Made by a program: the position numbers and the translations under genes. Shown here piece by piece: positions 28,063 to 41,000 of a stretch of 64,000 nt of DNA. The first letter of the stretch is position 1; every line of letters begins with the position of its first letter. This DNA comes from Auanema rhodensis (taxonomy: Eukaryota > Animalia > Nematoda): contig CAXKVF010000013.1 in NCBI GenBank assembly GCA_964057225.1, positions 9,284-73,283 on the forward strand, given 5' to 3'. The notes under the pieces were generated by a model. It did not search any database. It had not been told where the DNA came from and worked only from the letters and a program-made list of their open reading frames with translations.

Positions 28063-28578
28063 GTGTCCAATTTTCAAAATTATCCCTATCCTTCACCATT
28101 GAGAAAATTGGACAGTTTCATGAATGAACTTGAGAGTTTTATGCCAGAATCAATTTCTGATTGGCAGAACTTAAGAACATTGGCAAAACTTCTGGACTCG
28201 TATTTTTTCAACGACACTATTTTTACTTTTAATGGCACAGTCAAATTACGGTTTGCTTCTCAAGGGAATGTGTCTCCTACTACTTTAGCCAACACAATTT
28301 TTCTTGACAATTCTGCTTCCATTACTATGTATAGCTCTGCTTTTTTTGAGACTAGGAAGAATTATTCTTGCTCCTTTATTGTTCATAAGTTCCCTGATTT
28401 TTTACATGTGTTAATTCATGAACTCATACATGTTTATGAGAATATTCAGCATCCTCTGAGAAAGCATGGTGTTCTCAATTACTTCACATCACATTTATCT
28501 CCACACGGTGCTTATTTTCAAAACATTTTGAACATTATTAATTCTTTCTGTAATGAGAAAATTAAAATAACTTATTAA
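28063..28578 (+). CDS. SprT-like zinc metalloprotease (probably has an upstream exon)
   Basis: LDSYFFND..., VLIHELIH (HExxH), then HGAYF, the SprT/Spartan-type HExxH...HG..F pattern; paralog at 44744-45247. Confidence 0.7.
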   Translation: MSNFQNYPYPSPLRKLDSFMNELESFMPESISDWQNLRTLAKLLDSYFFNDTIFTFNGTVKLRFASQGNVSPTTLANTIFLDNSASITMYSSAFFETRKNYSCSFIVHKFPDFLHVLIHELIHVYENIQHPLRKHGVLNYFTSHLSPHGAYFQNILNIINSFCNEKIKITY

Positions 28579-28653
28579 TAAATATAATTTTGAATTCAAA
28601 CATCGTTTTTTTGTCTTATACTGAAACCTCAAAATCTTACCAATTTGGGAAAA

Positions 28654-30732
28654 TATCGAATTTATCAAGAAAAAATATTTTTGACCTAAACCTTCGGGAT
28701 ATGGGTATCAATTAGTAAAACGACCAGTTCTCAAAAACCAAACGATGAATTTTTTTTTTAATTTGTCAGAATATTACAGAAACTGTATATTTGAATATAT
28801 CACCTGCGCTTGATTTTTGGTGGGACCGAACATATCAAATTTTTGTAAAAAAATTGACCTAAATGCATATACTCACTTAATATCTATGAAATAATAAAAT
28901 AATGATTTCTCAAAAACTAAACGATGAAATTTTCTCAAAATTGGCATTTATGTTTCTATTCCAATAGTGAACAACATATTAAAACCGCGTATTGTTACAA
29001 ATATGAAATTGTATCGAATTTATCAAGAAAAAATATTTTTGACCTAAACCTTCGGGATATGGGTATCAATTAGTAAAACGACCAGTTCTCAAAAACCAAA
29101 CGATGAATTTTTTTTAAAATTTGTCAGAATATTACAGAAACTGTATATTTGAATATATCACTTGCGCTTGATTTTTGGTGGGACCGAACATATCAAATTT
29201 TTGTAAAAAAATTGACCAAAATTCATATACTCACTTAATATCTATGAAATAATAAAATAATGATTTCTCAAAAACTAAACGATGAAATTTTCTCAAAATT
29301 GGCATTTATGTTTCTATTCCAATAGTGAACAACATATTAAAACCGCGTATTAATACAAATATGAAATTGTATCGAATTTATCAAGAAAAAATATTTTTGA
29401 CCTAAACCTTCGGGATATGGGTATCAATTAGTAAAACGACCAGTTCTCAAAAACCAAACGATGAATTTTTTTTAAAATTCGTCAGAATATTACAGAAACT
29501 GTATATTTGAATATATCACCTGCGCTTGATTTTTGGTGGGACCGAACATATCAAATTTTTGTAAAAAAAATTGACCTAAATGCATATACTCACTTAATAT
29601 CTATGAAATAATAAAATAATGATTTCTCAAAAACTAAACGATGAAATTTTCTCAAAATTGGCATTTATGTTTCTATTCCAATAGTAAACAACATATTAAA
29701 ACCGCGTATTGTTACAAATATGAAATTGTATCGAATTTATAAAGAAAAAATATTTTTGACCTATACCTTCGGGATATGGGTATCAATTAGTAAAACGACC
29801 AGTTCTCAAAAACCAAACGATGAATTTTTTTTAAAATTTGTCAGAATATTACAGAAACTGTATATTTGAATATATCACCTGCGCTTGATTTTTGGTGGGA
29901 CCGAACATATCAAATTTTTGTAAAAAAATTGACCTAAATGCATATACTCACTTAATATCTATGAAATAATAAAATAATGATTTCTCAAAAACTAAACGAT
30001 GAAATTTTCTCAAAATTGGCATTTATGTTTCTATTCCAATAGTGAACAACATATTAAAACCGCGTATTGTTACAAATATGAAATTGTATCGAATTTATCA
30101 AGAAAAAATATTTTTGACCTAAACCTTCGGGATATGGGTATCAATTAGTAAAACGACCAGTTCTCAAAAACCAAACGATGAATTTTTTTAAAAATTTGTC
30201 AGAATATTACAGAAACTGTATATTTGAATATATCACCTGCGCTTGATTTTTGGTGGGACCGAACATATCAAATTTTTGTAAAAAAAATTGACCTAAATGC
30301 ATATACTCACTTAATATCTATGAAATAATAAAATAATGATTTCTCAAAAACTAAACGATGAAATTTTCTCAAAATTGGCATTTATGTTTCTATTCCAATA
30401 GTAAACAACATATTAAAACCGCGTATTGTTACAAATATGAAATTGTATCGAATTTATAAAGAAAAAATATTTTTGACCTAAACCTTCGGGATATGGGTAT
30501 CAATTAGTAAAACGACCAGTTCTCAAAAACCAAACGATGAATTTTTTTTAAAATTTGTCAGAATATTACAGAAACTGTATATTTGAATATATCACCTGCG
30601 CTTGATTTTTGGTGGGACCGAACATATCAAATTTTTGTAAAAAAATTGACCTAAATGCATATACTCACTTAATCTCTATGAAATAATAAAATAATGATTT
30701 CTCAAAAACTAAACGATGAAATTTTCTCAAAA
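28654..30732. repeat. 358-bp tandem repeat, ~5.8 near-identical copies
   Basis: tatcgaatttat(c/a)aagaaaaaatatttttgacct at 28654, 29012, 29370, ~29729, ~30087, ~30446. Confidence 0.92.
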
Positions 30733-31268
30733 AGCCGGAAATAGTGCCATCTTTTATGAGAAAGCTTACCAGCCTTAACGAATGTGTCAGTTAAATCTGT
30801 CACTTGAATCTGAACATATGGGAGTTTATCAATTATATGTTAAAGTTCTGTTTAGGCTGAGCCATAGCAATAATAAATTCTGCATTTATTAATAATAATG
30901 TTTCGTGATTGTTTTCATAAAAAAGAAACAGTTTTCTAGATATATATATTTATTAACTTTCTCAATATGCCTGCTTGTTAGGTTATTTCAACTACATCAT
31001 GTGGTGCTTCCAACTGTTGCTTCGATATAATATTCAGGAGCATCACCTGATTTTTTTAAATATAGCATGATGTAAACTGGTCGTTTAAGAAATTATTTAT
31101 CTTTCATAATATATCAACATTAAGTACATACAATTTTACAAAGCTACACATTTTTCTTTAAATTATATACATGGTAGAGAGAGTGATTCTAAATAAAAGC
31201 AAAGATGAGCAATTAATAGGTTCATACATTATATTTTAAACAGAGTTGCGTAGCCCTTTTTTTCAATT

Positions 31269-33129
31269 TTATAATATAACAACATCGTTTATGTTCGTAC
31301 ATCGACGAACTTTTTTATATATAACAAATATTAAAAGTGTACTAACTATTCCAGGAGAAACCAAAAGTAAACAATGCAAAAATGAAGAGAATACAGTATT
31401 AAAATTGAATAAATTGCTCCAACTAAAAAATTCATTAAATTTCTCTAATTCTGCTTTTTCTTTTGCCCATTCCTCCATTGATTTCATCTGTCAATTATAT
31501 AGATTAGTTAAGTTACATATGACATTAAGTTACCTGCTCTGTCTTGAATTGCATTGATATTAATGATAATTCTTCATCGATAGATTCAAGAATAGCATCC
31601 TTAAAATATATTTAAAATTACGAGGAATTATCTTGATTGTACTTACTCCATGTTTAAACTTTTTCTGCAAATGAGTTTCATAAACTGCTGTCCCATTAAC
31701 ATATATATGTTCAAACTCAATACTTTGAGTTTGACCCAATCGTAATCTAAATATAGGACTAGTTACGTTGAATCTTCTATACAAATCGTTGTATCTCTCC
31801 ATGTAATTCTTAAAAAAAAATAATTACTAACAATTTGAAAAATTAATTTACCTGCTCCAGAGTTGCAATAATTGTAAAATCATGGCGCTGTCTGATCACA
31901 GTTTTCTCACGACTTAAATTTTGGTGAATGCTAAAGTATGATTAATAAATATATATGACAGAAGTTTAACTCACATTCTACAATTTTTAAAGTTTTTCAA
32001 ATCGCAAGGTATCTTTGCAGAAAACATGGCACAAGACATGAGATCTCCCTGAAAAAAACAATGTAATACTTTGTTAAACTTTGTTAGCTTTTGCATACAT
32101 TTAAACGGCATTCACACTTCGAAATGTCGAGAAAAAATTGATTTTTTATAAAAACCATTTCGGGAGTTTCTGCATAATAATACTTGTTTTCTTCTAACAA
32201 ATTGCCAATATCATAAATCTGAAATCAAATTATGAATTCATATTAGAAATATAATATGTAAATGAAAACTTACGTCAAATATTTCTCCAACTGTTAAAAT
32301 TTCTTGATAAGTGACTTTCATGTCAATCATACCATTTGAATAACAGGCTATTGGTTCGACTACAATCGAACCAAGCCAATCATCCACGATTCTCTCAAAC
32401 TCGGTTAAATTTAATCCGAGAAGAGTTGCCCATTCCTGTAAATAAACATTTTCAATGAAGAGGAAAATAAAATAAATTATTTATAATAATACCTTATCCA
32501 TTTTTTTTGATCCAAAAAGGTAAGGATGAGCTGCATTTTTTGCAAACAAATCCTCTAGCGGATATGAAAAAATGGCTCTGATATCATTTTCAACCGAAGC
32601 TCTTTGAACATCAGCTGTTAGTTTTGAGATATTAGAATTTGCTATTTCTAATTTCTCATACAACTGGTTCAAATGCTTTGCGGTCTCACTTCGAAATTCA
32701 TCCATTTGAAGTTTCTGAAAATAAAACGTTAAACAAGTTTCCAAAAATTTGAATATGTTACCAATGCCACTCCTCCGCCGATGGCAGAGCCTCCTAACAA
32801 AAGAGCAGTTCCGACTGCTAAACCAGTCAAAATTTCTCTTTTCTCCTTTTCCTTTTTCACTTCAAAACCATGTCGCTCACAAGTCATAGTAAACATTTTG
32901 TTAACATATGACGTGAGTGTATGGCTGAAGTCGTTGTCCTTTATTGAAGCAAACATGTAACTCAAGGTTACTGTTTTTTTGCTTCCAATCATACTGAAAA
33001 ACAAAAAAATTTAGATAATTTTATTTGAACTCACATTCCGTGATGTAGCCTTTGTTTGACTATCCTTTCCATGTTTTGTGCAGCTGCTACAAAAGAAAGA
33101 AACACAAAGCAAAGCAGCAACACACGCAT
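31269..33129 (-). CDS. Class I viral fusion (F/Env)-like glycoprotein, ~10 exons (3' end uncertain, may extend to ~30950)
   Basis: Spliced by eye: signal peptide MRVLLLCFVFLSFVAAA; basic site KKEKEKR followed by hydrophobic Gly-rich EILTGLAVGTALLLGGSAIGGGVAL; heptad FRSETAKHLNQLYEKLEIANSNISKLTADV; Cys cluster LDISKCECRLNGDLMSC..IPCDLKNFKNC; N-glyc sequons (NIS, NLT, NLS, NVT, NGT); second helix, aromatic-rich pre-TM segment, TM, KKVRR. Confidence 0.72.
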
Positions 33130-34212
33130 CGCACTCTGAAAAGCAAAAATGATAAAATTCAGAGATAATTACAATAATTATATAAGACAAAAAAAATTTA
33201 AAAAATAGAGGATATATTCTAAATATATTAAAAATAGAAAAAAATGAACAAAGACGCCAAGTTTTACTTTAGAAAAGCAGGTTTTAAATTAATATTCAAA
33301 AATGAAATCATCAGATTTTCATCTTCACTACTACTTCTGAACAAAAAAACACAACAAAAAAAATAAAAATCTATTAATGAATCCTCAGAAAATTCAACAA
33401 AATTACAATAACCTTCAGGTTTCCCATTGATAGCTAGGAAATTGCAAGGCAATCACTATACAAGGCTACCATCAATGTTATTCAGTTATTGCAAGTCATG
33501 AAAAATTATTCAAACTTCATTCAGAAAGAGGTTTTAAATCTCTACAGGCGATCTGAATCTATTTGAAAAGCATGAGTAATATAACAAAATTGATGTGTCT
33601 TAACGTCTGTACATAGCTCAGAAGAGCCAACCAGACAAAGAGATTTTGTACATTATTCACACTTTCTGAGACGACAAATAAGTGAAAATTGGGAATGAGG
33701 CAACAGAAATTTTCTCAACGTATTCTAGAGCTTCATAAAAATTTCTATAGCTGGGGAAATAAACAGGCTAATCCCACCAGGCACACTATAAAAATTTCAA
33801 ATAGAAGTAATAGAGTGGTTGAAAAAAAATTCATAAAGTTTTGAAGCTAAACAGCCTTGAAACTTAAGAATAGCCTTTGCTTACATAGAGGGTTGTGTAT
33901 CCTAGCGTCTGTACATAGCTCTAAAGAGCCAACCAGACAAGGAGACCTCTATTAAAGCTTAAGCTTTCTGAGAGAGTAATGGACGGAACATTGAGTAAAT
34001 AATACGAAATGGTCAAATGGAGGTTTATATACCAGTTCACAACTATTATTAACAGCCTGATCTTATCAGGGTCAGAGGTAGACGCCATTTTCAGATAAAT
34101 TATGAACAGACGGTGAATACTTTGAAAAAAGTGAACAAGGACGCCAAGTTCATATTTACAATAAGAAACCTGACTTTTGAAAAAATTGTTTGATAATAAG
34201 ATTTAAGATTTT

Positions 34213-35776
34213 TATTTGATTGATTCTGTCAGCGCTGTAGCTATCGTCAAGGATTAAGCCATGCCTGTGAAAAATTACTTGATTGATTCTGTCAGCGCTG
34301 TAGCTATCGTCAAGGATTAAGCCATGCCTGGGAAAATTACTTGATTGATTCTGTCAGCGCTGTAGCTATCGTCAAGGATTAAGCCATGCCTGGGAAAAAT
34401 TACTTGATTGATTCTGTCAGCGCTGTAGCTATTGTCAAGGATTAAGCCATGCCTGGGAAAAATTACTTGATTGATTCTGTCAGCGCTGTAGCTATCGTCA
34501 AGGATTAAGCCATGTCAGAGAAAAATTACTCGATTGATTCTGTCAGCGCTGTAGCTATCGTCAAGGATTAAGCCATGTCTGAGAATTATTACTCAATTGA
34601 TTCTGTCAGCGCTGTAGCTATTGTCAAGGATTAAGCCATGTCAGAGAAAAATTACTCGATTGATTCTGTCAGCGCTGTAGCTATCGTCAAGGATTAAGCC
34701 ATGTCTGAGAAAAATTACTCGATTGATTCTGTCAGCGCTGTAGCTATCGTCAAGGATTAAGCCATGTCTGAGAAAAATCACTTGATTGATTCTGTCAGCG
34801 CTGTAGCTATCGTCAAGGATTAAGCCATGTCCGAGAAAAATTACTCGATTGATTCTGTCAGCGCTGTAGCTATCGTCAAGGATTAAGCCATGTCTGAGAA
34901 AAATTACTTGATTGATTCTGTCAGCGCTGTAGCTATCGTCAAGGATTAAGCCATGTCAGAGAAAAATTACTCGATTGATTCTGTCAGCGCTGTAGCTATC
35001 GTCAAGGATTAAGCCATGCCTGGGAAAAATTACTTGATTGATTCTGTCAGCGCTGTAGCTATTGTCAAGGATTAAGCCATGCCTGGGAAAAATTACTTGA
35101 TTGATTCTGTCAGCGCTGTAGCTATCGTCAAGGATTAAGCCATGTCAGAGAAAAATTACTCGATTGATTCTGTCAGCGCTGTAGCTATCGTCAAGGATTA
35201 AGCCATGTCTGAGAAAAATCACTTGATTGATTCTGTCAGCGCTGTAGCTATCGTCAAGGATTAAGCCATGTCCGAGAAAAATTACTCGATTGATTCTGTC
35301 AGCGCTGTAGCTATCGTCAAGGATTAAGCCATGTCTGAGAAAAATTACTTGATTGATTCTGTCAGCGCTGTAGCTATCGTCAAGGATTAAGCCATGTCAG
35401 AGAAAAATTACTCGATTGATTCTGTCAGCGCTGTAGCTATCGTCAAGGATTAAGCCATGCCTGGGAAAAATTACTTGATTGATTCTGTCAGCGCTGTAGC
35501 TATTGTCAAGGATTAAGCCATGCCTGGGAAAAATTACTTGATTGATTCTGTCAGCGCTGTAGCTATCGTCAAGGATTAAGCCATGTCAGAGAAAAATTAC
35601 TCGATTGATTCTGTCAGCGCTGTAGCTATCGTCAAGGATTAAGCCATGTCTGAGAAAAATTACTTGATTGATTCTGTCAGCGCTGTAGCTATCGTCAAGG
35701 ATTAAGCCATGTCTGAGAAAAATTACTTGATTGATTCTGTCAGCGCTGTAGCTATCGTCAAGGATTAAGCCATGTC
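34213..35776 (+). repeat. ~25 tandem 63-bp 18S-5'-end-derived units
   Basis: ttgattgattctgtcagcgctgtagctatcgtcaaggattaagccatg repeated. Confidence 0.93.
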
Positions 35777-35804
35777 TGGGAATTTTTCTCAATTTTTAAT
35801 TTTT

Positions 35805-37072
35805 ACGATAGCTACAGCGCTAACAGAATCAATCAAGTAATTTTTCCCAGGCATGGCTTAATCCTTCAGGATAGCTACAGCGCTGACAGAATCAATCAGG
35901 TAATTTTTTTCAGACATGGCTTAATCCTTGACGATAGCTACAGCGCTGACAGAATCAATCAAGTAATTTTTCCCAGGCATGGCTTAATCTTTTACTTGAG
36001 CATACAGCGCTGACAGAATCAATCAAGTAATTTTTCCCAGGCATGGCTTAATCTTTTACTTGAGCATACAGCGCTGACAGAATCAATCAAGTAATTTATC
36101 CCAGGCATGGCTTAATCCTTGACAATAGCTACAGCGCTGACAGAATCAATCAAGTAATTTTTCTCTGACATGGCTTAATCCTTGACGATAGCTACAGCGC
36201 TGACAGAATCAATCAAGTAATTTATCCCAGACATGGCTTAATCCTTGACGATAGCTACAGCGCTGACAGAATCAATCGAGTAATTTTTCTCAGACATGGC
36301 TTAATCCTTGACGATAGCTACAGCGCTGACAGAATCAATCGAGTAATTTTTCTCTGACATGGCTTAATCCTTGACGATAGCTACAGCGCTGACAGAATCA
36401 ATCAAGTAATTTTTCTCAGACATGGCTTAATCCTTGACGATAGCTACAGCGCTGACAGAATCAATCAAGTAATTTTTCTCAGACATGGCTTAATCCTTGA
36501 CGATAGCTACAGCGCTGACAGAATCAATCAAGTAATTTTTCTCAGACATGGCTTAATCCTTGACGATAGCTACAGCGCTGACAGAATCAATCAAGTAATT
36601 TTTCTCAGACATGGCTTAATCTTTTACTTGAGCATACAGCGCTGACAGAATCAATCAAGTAATTTATCCCAGGCATGGCTTAATCCTTGACAATAGCTAC
36701 AGCGCTGACAGAATCAATCAAGTAATTTTTCTCTGACATGGCTTAATCCTTGACGATAGCTACAGCGCTGACAGAATCAATCAAGTAATTTATCCCAGAC
36801 ATGGCTTAATCCTTGACGATAGCTACAGCGCTGACAGAATCAATCGAGTAATTTTTCTCAGACATGGCTTAATCCTTGACGATAGCTACAGCGCTGACAG
36901 AATCAATCGAGTAATTTTTCTCTGACATGGCTTAATCCTTGACGATAGCTACAGCGCTGACAGAATCAATCAAGTAATTTTTCTCAGACATGGCTTAATC
37001 CTTGACGATAGCTACAGCGCTGACAGAATCAATCGAGTAATTTTTCTCAGACATGGCTTAATCCTTGACGAT
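35805..37072 (-). repeat. ~20 tandem 63-bp 18S-5'-end-derived units in opposite orientation, some identical to host 18S
   Basis: Reverse-complement array; units at ~35980-36090 and ~36610-36660 carry the exact host variant tatgctcaagtaaaag. Confidence 0.93.
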
Positions 37073-38047
37073 ATCAAATAAAAATCAAAATCAAATAAAA
37101 ATCTTAAATCTTATTATCAAACAATTTTTTCAAAAGTCAGGTTTCTTATTGTAATTATGAACTTGGCGTCCTTGTTCACTTTTTTCAAAGTATTCACCGT
37201 CTGTTCATAATTTATCTGAAAATGGCGTCTACCTCTGACCCTGATAAGATCAGGCTGTTAATAATAGTTGTGAACTGGTATATAAACCTCCATTCGACCA
37301 TTTCGTATTATTTACTCAATGTTCCGTCCATTACTCTCTCAGAAAGCTTAAGCTTTAATAGAGGTCTCCTTGTCTGGTTGGCTCTTTAGAGCTATGTACA
37401 GACGCTAGGATACACAACCCTCTATGTAAGCAAAGGCTATTCTTAAGTTTCAAGGCTGTTTAGCTTCAAAACTTCATGAATTTTTTTTTAACCACTCTAT
37501 TACTTCTATTTGAAATTTTTATAGTGGGCCTGGTGGGATTAGCCTGTTTATTTCCCCAGCTATAGAAATTTTTATGAAGCTCTAGAATACGTTGAGAAAA
37601 TTTCTGTTGCCTCATTCCCAATTTTCACTTATTTGTCGTCTCAGAAAGTGTGAATAATGTACAAAATCTCTTTGTCTGGTTGGCTCTTCTGAGCTATGTA
37701 CAGACGTTAAGACACACCAATTTTGTTATATTACTCATGCTTTTCAAATAGATTCAGATCGCCTGTAGAGATTCAAAACCTCTTTCTGAATGAAGTTTGA
37801 ATAATTTTTCATGACTTGCAATAACTGAATAACATTGATGGTAGCCTTGTAGAGTGATTGCCTTGCAATTTCCTAGCTGTCAATGGGAAACCTGAAGGTT
37901 ATTGTAATTTTGTTAAATTTTCTGAGGATTCATTAATAGATGCTCATACGTTTTGTTGTATTTTTTCCTTCACAAGAGGTAAATATGAAAATCTGAAAAG
38001 TCATTTTCAGATTGAAACCCTGACCTTTTTTCGAAGTTCTGGAAAGA

Positions 38048-41000
38048 ATGGAAAATTTTGAGAGCAGTTAGTGATTTTTTGCAATTTCAAATTGTGATCT
38101 GATTGTTTAAGAACTGATTGGTTTTACTAAAGCTGATGTGAAAATTTCATTCTCTGCACAACAAAGCCGTGGAGATGTTTGCCCTATTTGCTGGAAGTTC
38201 GATTCTAATATGAGCCGGCATCTAGTGAGTGATGTGATTTATTGAACTTTTGCAAAGTATTGTTTTAGACAAGACATTTAAAAGAAGAAGACAAGAACGA
38301 CAAACTTTTAAAAAATAACATTATAAAGAAGTTCAATGAGAAATCAAAAGATTTAAGAGATTTATTCTCTGCAAATCGATTTTTCGATAAAAATGAATTT
38401 CTTTGTTTAACAACGGGCATGAGTGAGTTAAACCGAAAAAAGTTAATCTCGAAGTTGGAAAGGTAAACAGTGATTTTTTGAGCAAAAATCCATGGTTTTT
38501 GTTCAGTGCTGGTATTATGTTCACTCCTTTGGATCAGGAGTGTTCAGGCTTGAACTTGATGCCCAAATGGAATTATGTAGTGGTTCAGGGGGAAATAAGC
38601 ACACCTAGTTCACTTCAATTAGATGAACACAGGGTTGACTTGGAAGAAGAAGGTTCTAACGCTAGTGAATCTAGTGCAAGTACTACTTCTCTTCACTATG
38701 AAGAGCACAGCCTGGCAAGTCTACAAATATATATAAAAAAAAGTGATGCTGTTTTATTTTTAGTACTTCACTGGAAATCGCTTACTGAATGAGCACACAA
38801 TTGTAACCCAATGTAAACTTGGGAGTACTACAAGAAAATGTCAGCAACTGTTGAAAGAGTGTGGAATTGACACGATGCTGGATGTTTCACAACATCGTTT
38901 TTTACTGCGTGTCAAAAGCGCCATAGAAACAACATTCAGTAATAAAACCAGAGAAGAAGTATGTTAATCTTGAATCAGCCTTTTCATTCGTTATATCACT
39001 TATAGGTCAAAGGCAGATCAAGGCAATCTGTAGCAACAGAGGCAACCAATGCTGCCGCTAGATGGCTGCTTATTAACATGAGATTATCATGTAAAGAAGC
39101 AAAACTTTTAAATAGCATTGAAGACATAGATCAAAAATACTTATATCAGGCTTTCCAAGCTTATGCCATGAATCATGAAAAGGTAACAGATGAAATACTA
39201 TTCTTTTAATTCATTTCAATTAACTTGAGGTTTATCAAAACGGTACTGTTAGGAATTTTATAAGAGGAATTAAAAAATTCTTAGATTTCATTCCTGTGGC
39301 ATACCCGTAAGCACGCTATGCAATTATAAAAATTAAATTTATGTTACAGAGTACAAGGACTAAATAAAGACTGGACAGATGTTTTTAAACGCCTGGGGGA
39401 ATTACTAAAAACTTTGTCAAAAGAAGGAAACACGGTAATCATAAAAATTTATTTAGCTATGCTCTAGTTAGTACTAAACTATGCTATACGATAACAACAT
39501 CAACTCATATATGATATTTTAGGTTTCAACTGTATTTAACTCAAGATCTCGGGAAAATCGCGATGTGATGCCATATGGACAAATTGTGAGGTACTCGAAA
39601 CAATTTATAGAATGGTTGAAAGTAAAATTATTTGTACCGTAAGAAAAACAAATTGAAACTGTTTTAATCAATTTTGAAAACACAGATTGGATAATTTCAA
39701 AAAATCCGAATTTTACCTTATATCAGCAACTTTGGTATTTGTAATGTGCGTGGAAAACGGTCAGAGACCAGAGGTACGTGAATCATTATTATTAAACAAG
39801 TACAATAATGTTTTTCAAGATTTCATATAAGCTGAGAACATCTGATTTTGAAAAATCTTGTCGATTCCCACATGAAAATAGCGATACATGGGCAACTCCA
39901 TTTCCGTTAAACAAGGCTGCAAGATCTAATCAGTTTGTCAGTATCATTCTGAGAATACAATTAAAAAACGTTTTCTAGCTAATGATGTCAGATAATTTAT
40001 ATCAACTGACAAAACAATTTTTGGAAATAAAAAAATATTGCTTTTCCCAGGAAAGGGAAATGTATTTAACCAGTATTGGACATTACAAGTTTAAAAAAGT
40101 TTTAGACAACGTAAGTCACTTAAATATACAAATTGCACACTACATAATATATTAGCTGAGGAAAGTTAATCAGAAAATAGGACCTATTTTACCCGAGGAA
40201 TGGCAACTACGATCAATCAGAAATAGCGCAGCAAACACGTATGCTAAAAAATGGCTAGACATTAAATCAGCTAATTTTGATGAAAATTCATTTCCTGCAC
40301 AAGGAACAATGGGACACAGTCAGGATACACACGTTGAGGTAAAAAAATGTAAAGTACACATGAAAACAACAATTATAGACTTATATTACTGATGGACGAT
40401 TAATAGCTTATTTTGCTCACAGCTATCTGAAACTCTTTGAAACATCAGAAAGTGAAGATCAAATCAGAAATCTGTTCTATTCCTCTGTTCAAAACACTTT
40501 TGGAACATCAGAACCAAGCATGATAATGGAACAATTAAATAGAGGTTGGAAAAAAAAATAAAACAAAACAAGTGCAATTTTTATAGAAACAGTAACAATG
40601 AATGTTATCCCAGAAGAACATATAGAGCAAATGGATACAAACGAAGGTATAACAAGACTACAAATTCAAAAACCTCATACCTGTTTTCAGAAATCGACTA
40701 TCAGGAAAACACAGCTTGCAGTTCTAACACGGAAATTGATTTAATACAAAACTCAGGTATACATAACACCGAAACAAAACAAAACACAATACATTTCATT
40801 TGTTAGTTGTAGATGATGATGTGATGACAAAAGACATTCAAAGCGAGAATAAAGAAATAAGAGAACCACGCGCTTGTAATATACAACTGGATGATTCAAG
40901 TATGAAAAGCAATGAGAAGGTATATTAAAATAACAAAACACATATGTATAATAAATCAAATTAAGAAACTGAATTTCATGCGTGAGCCTGGAAACATAGT

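Larger units (their letters stand above)
33370..37941. repeat. ~4.6-kb imperfect palindrome: ~850-bp unique arms (33370-34220 / 37090-37941) enclosing inverted satellite arrays
   Basis: 37090-37941 is the near-exact reverse complement of 33370-34220 (ORFs MPCNFLAINGKPEG- and MPCNFLAVNGKPEG+ mirror each other). Confidence 0.9.

Noticed and set aside
33264-33452. Mirror ORFs MPCNFLA(I/V)NGKPEG (also 37858-38061)
   Set aside because: Non-ATG starts; the similarity simply reflects the inverted arms; no domain recognisable
34213-37072. CRISPR-like appearance of the 63-bp arrays and IGS motif repeats
   Set aside because: No unique spacers, no cas genes, eukaryotic context; the repeat is 18S-derived
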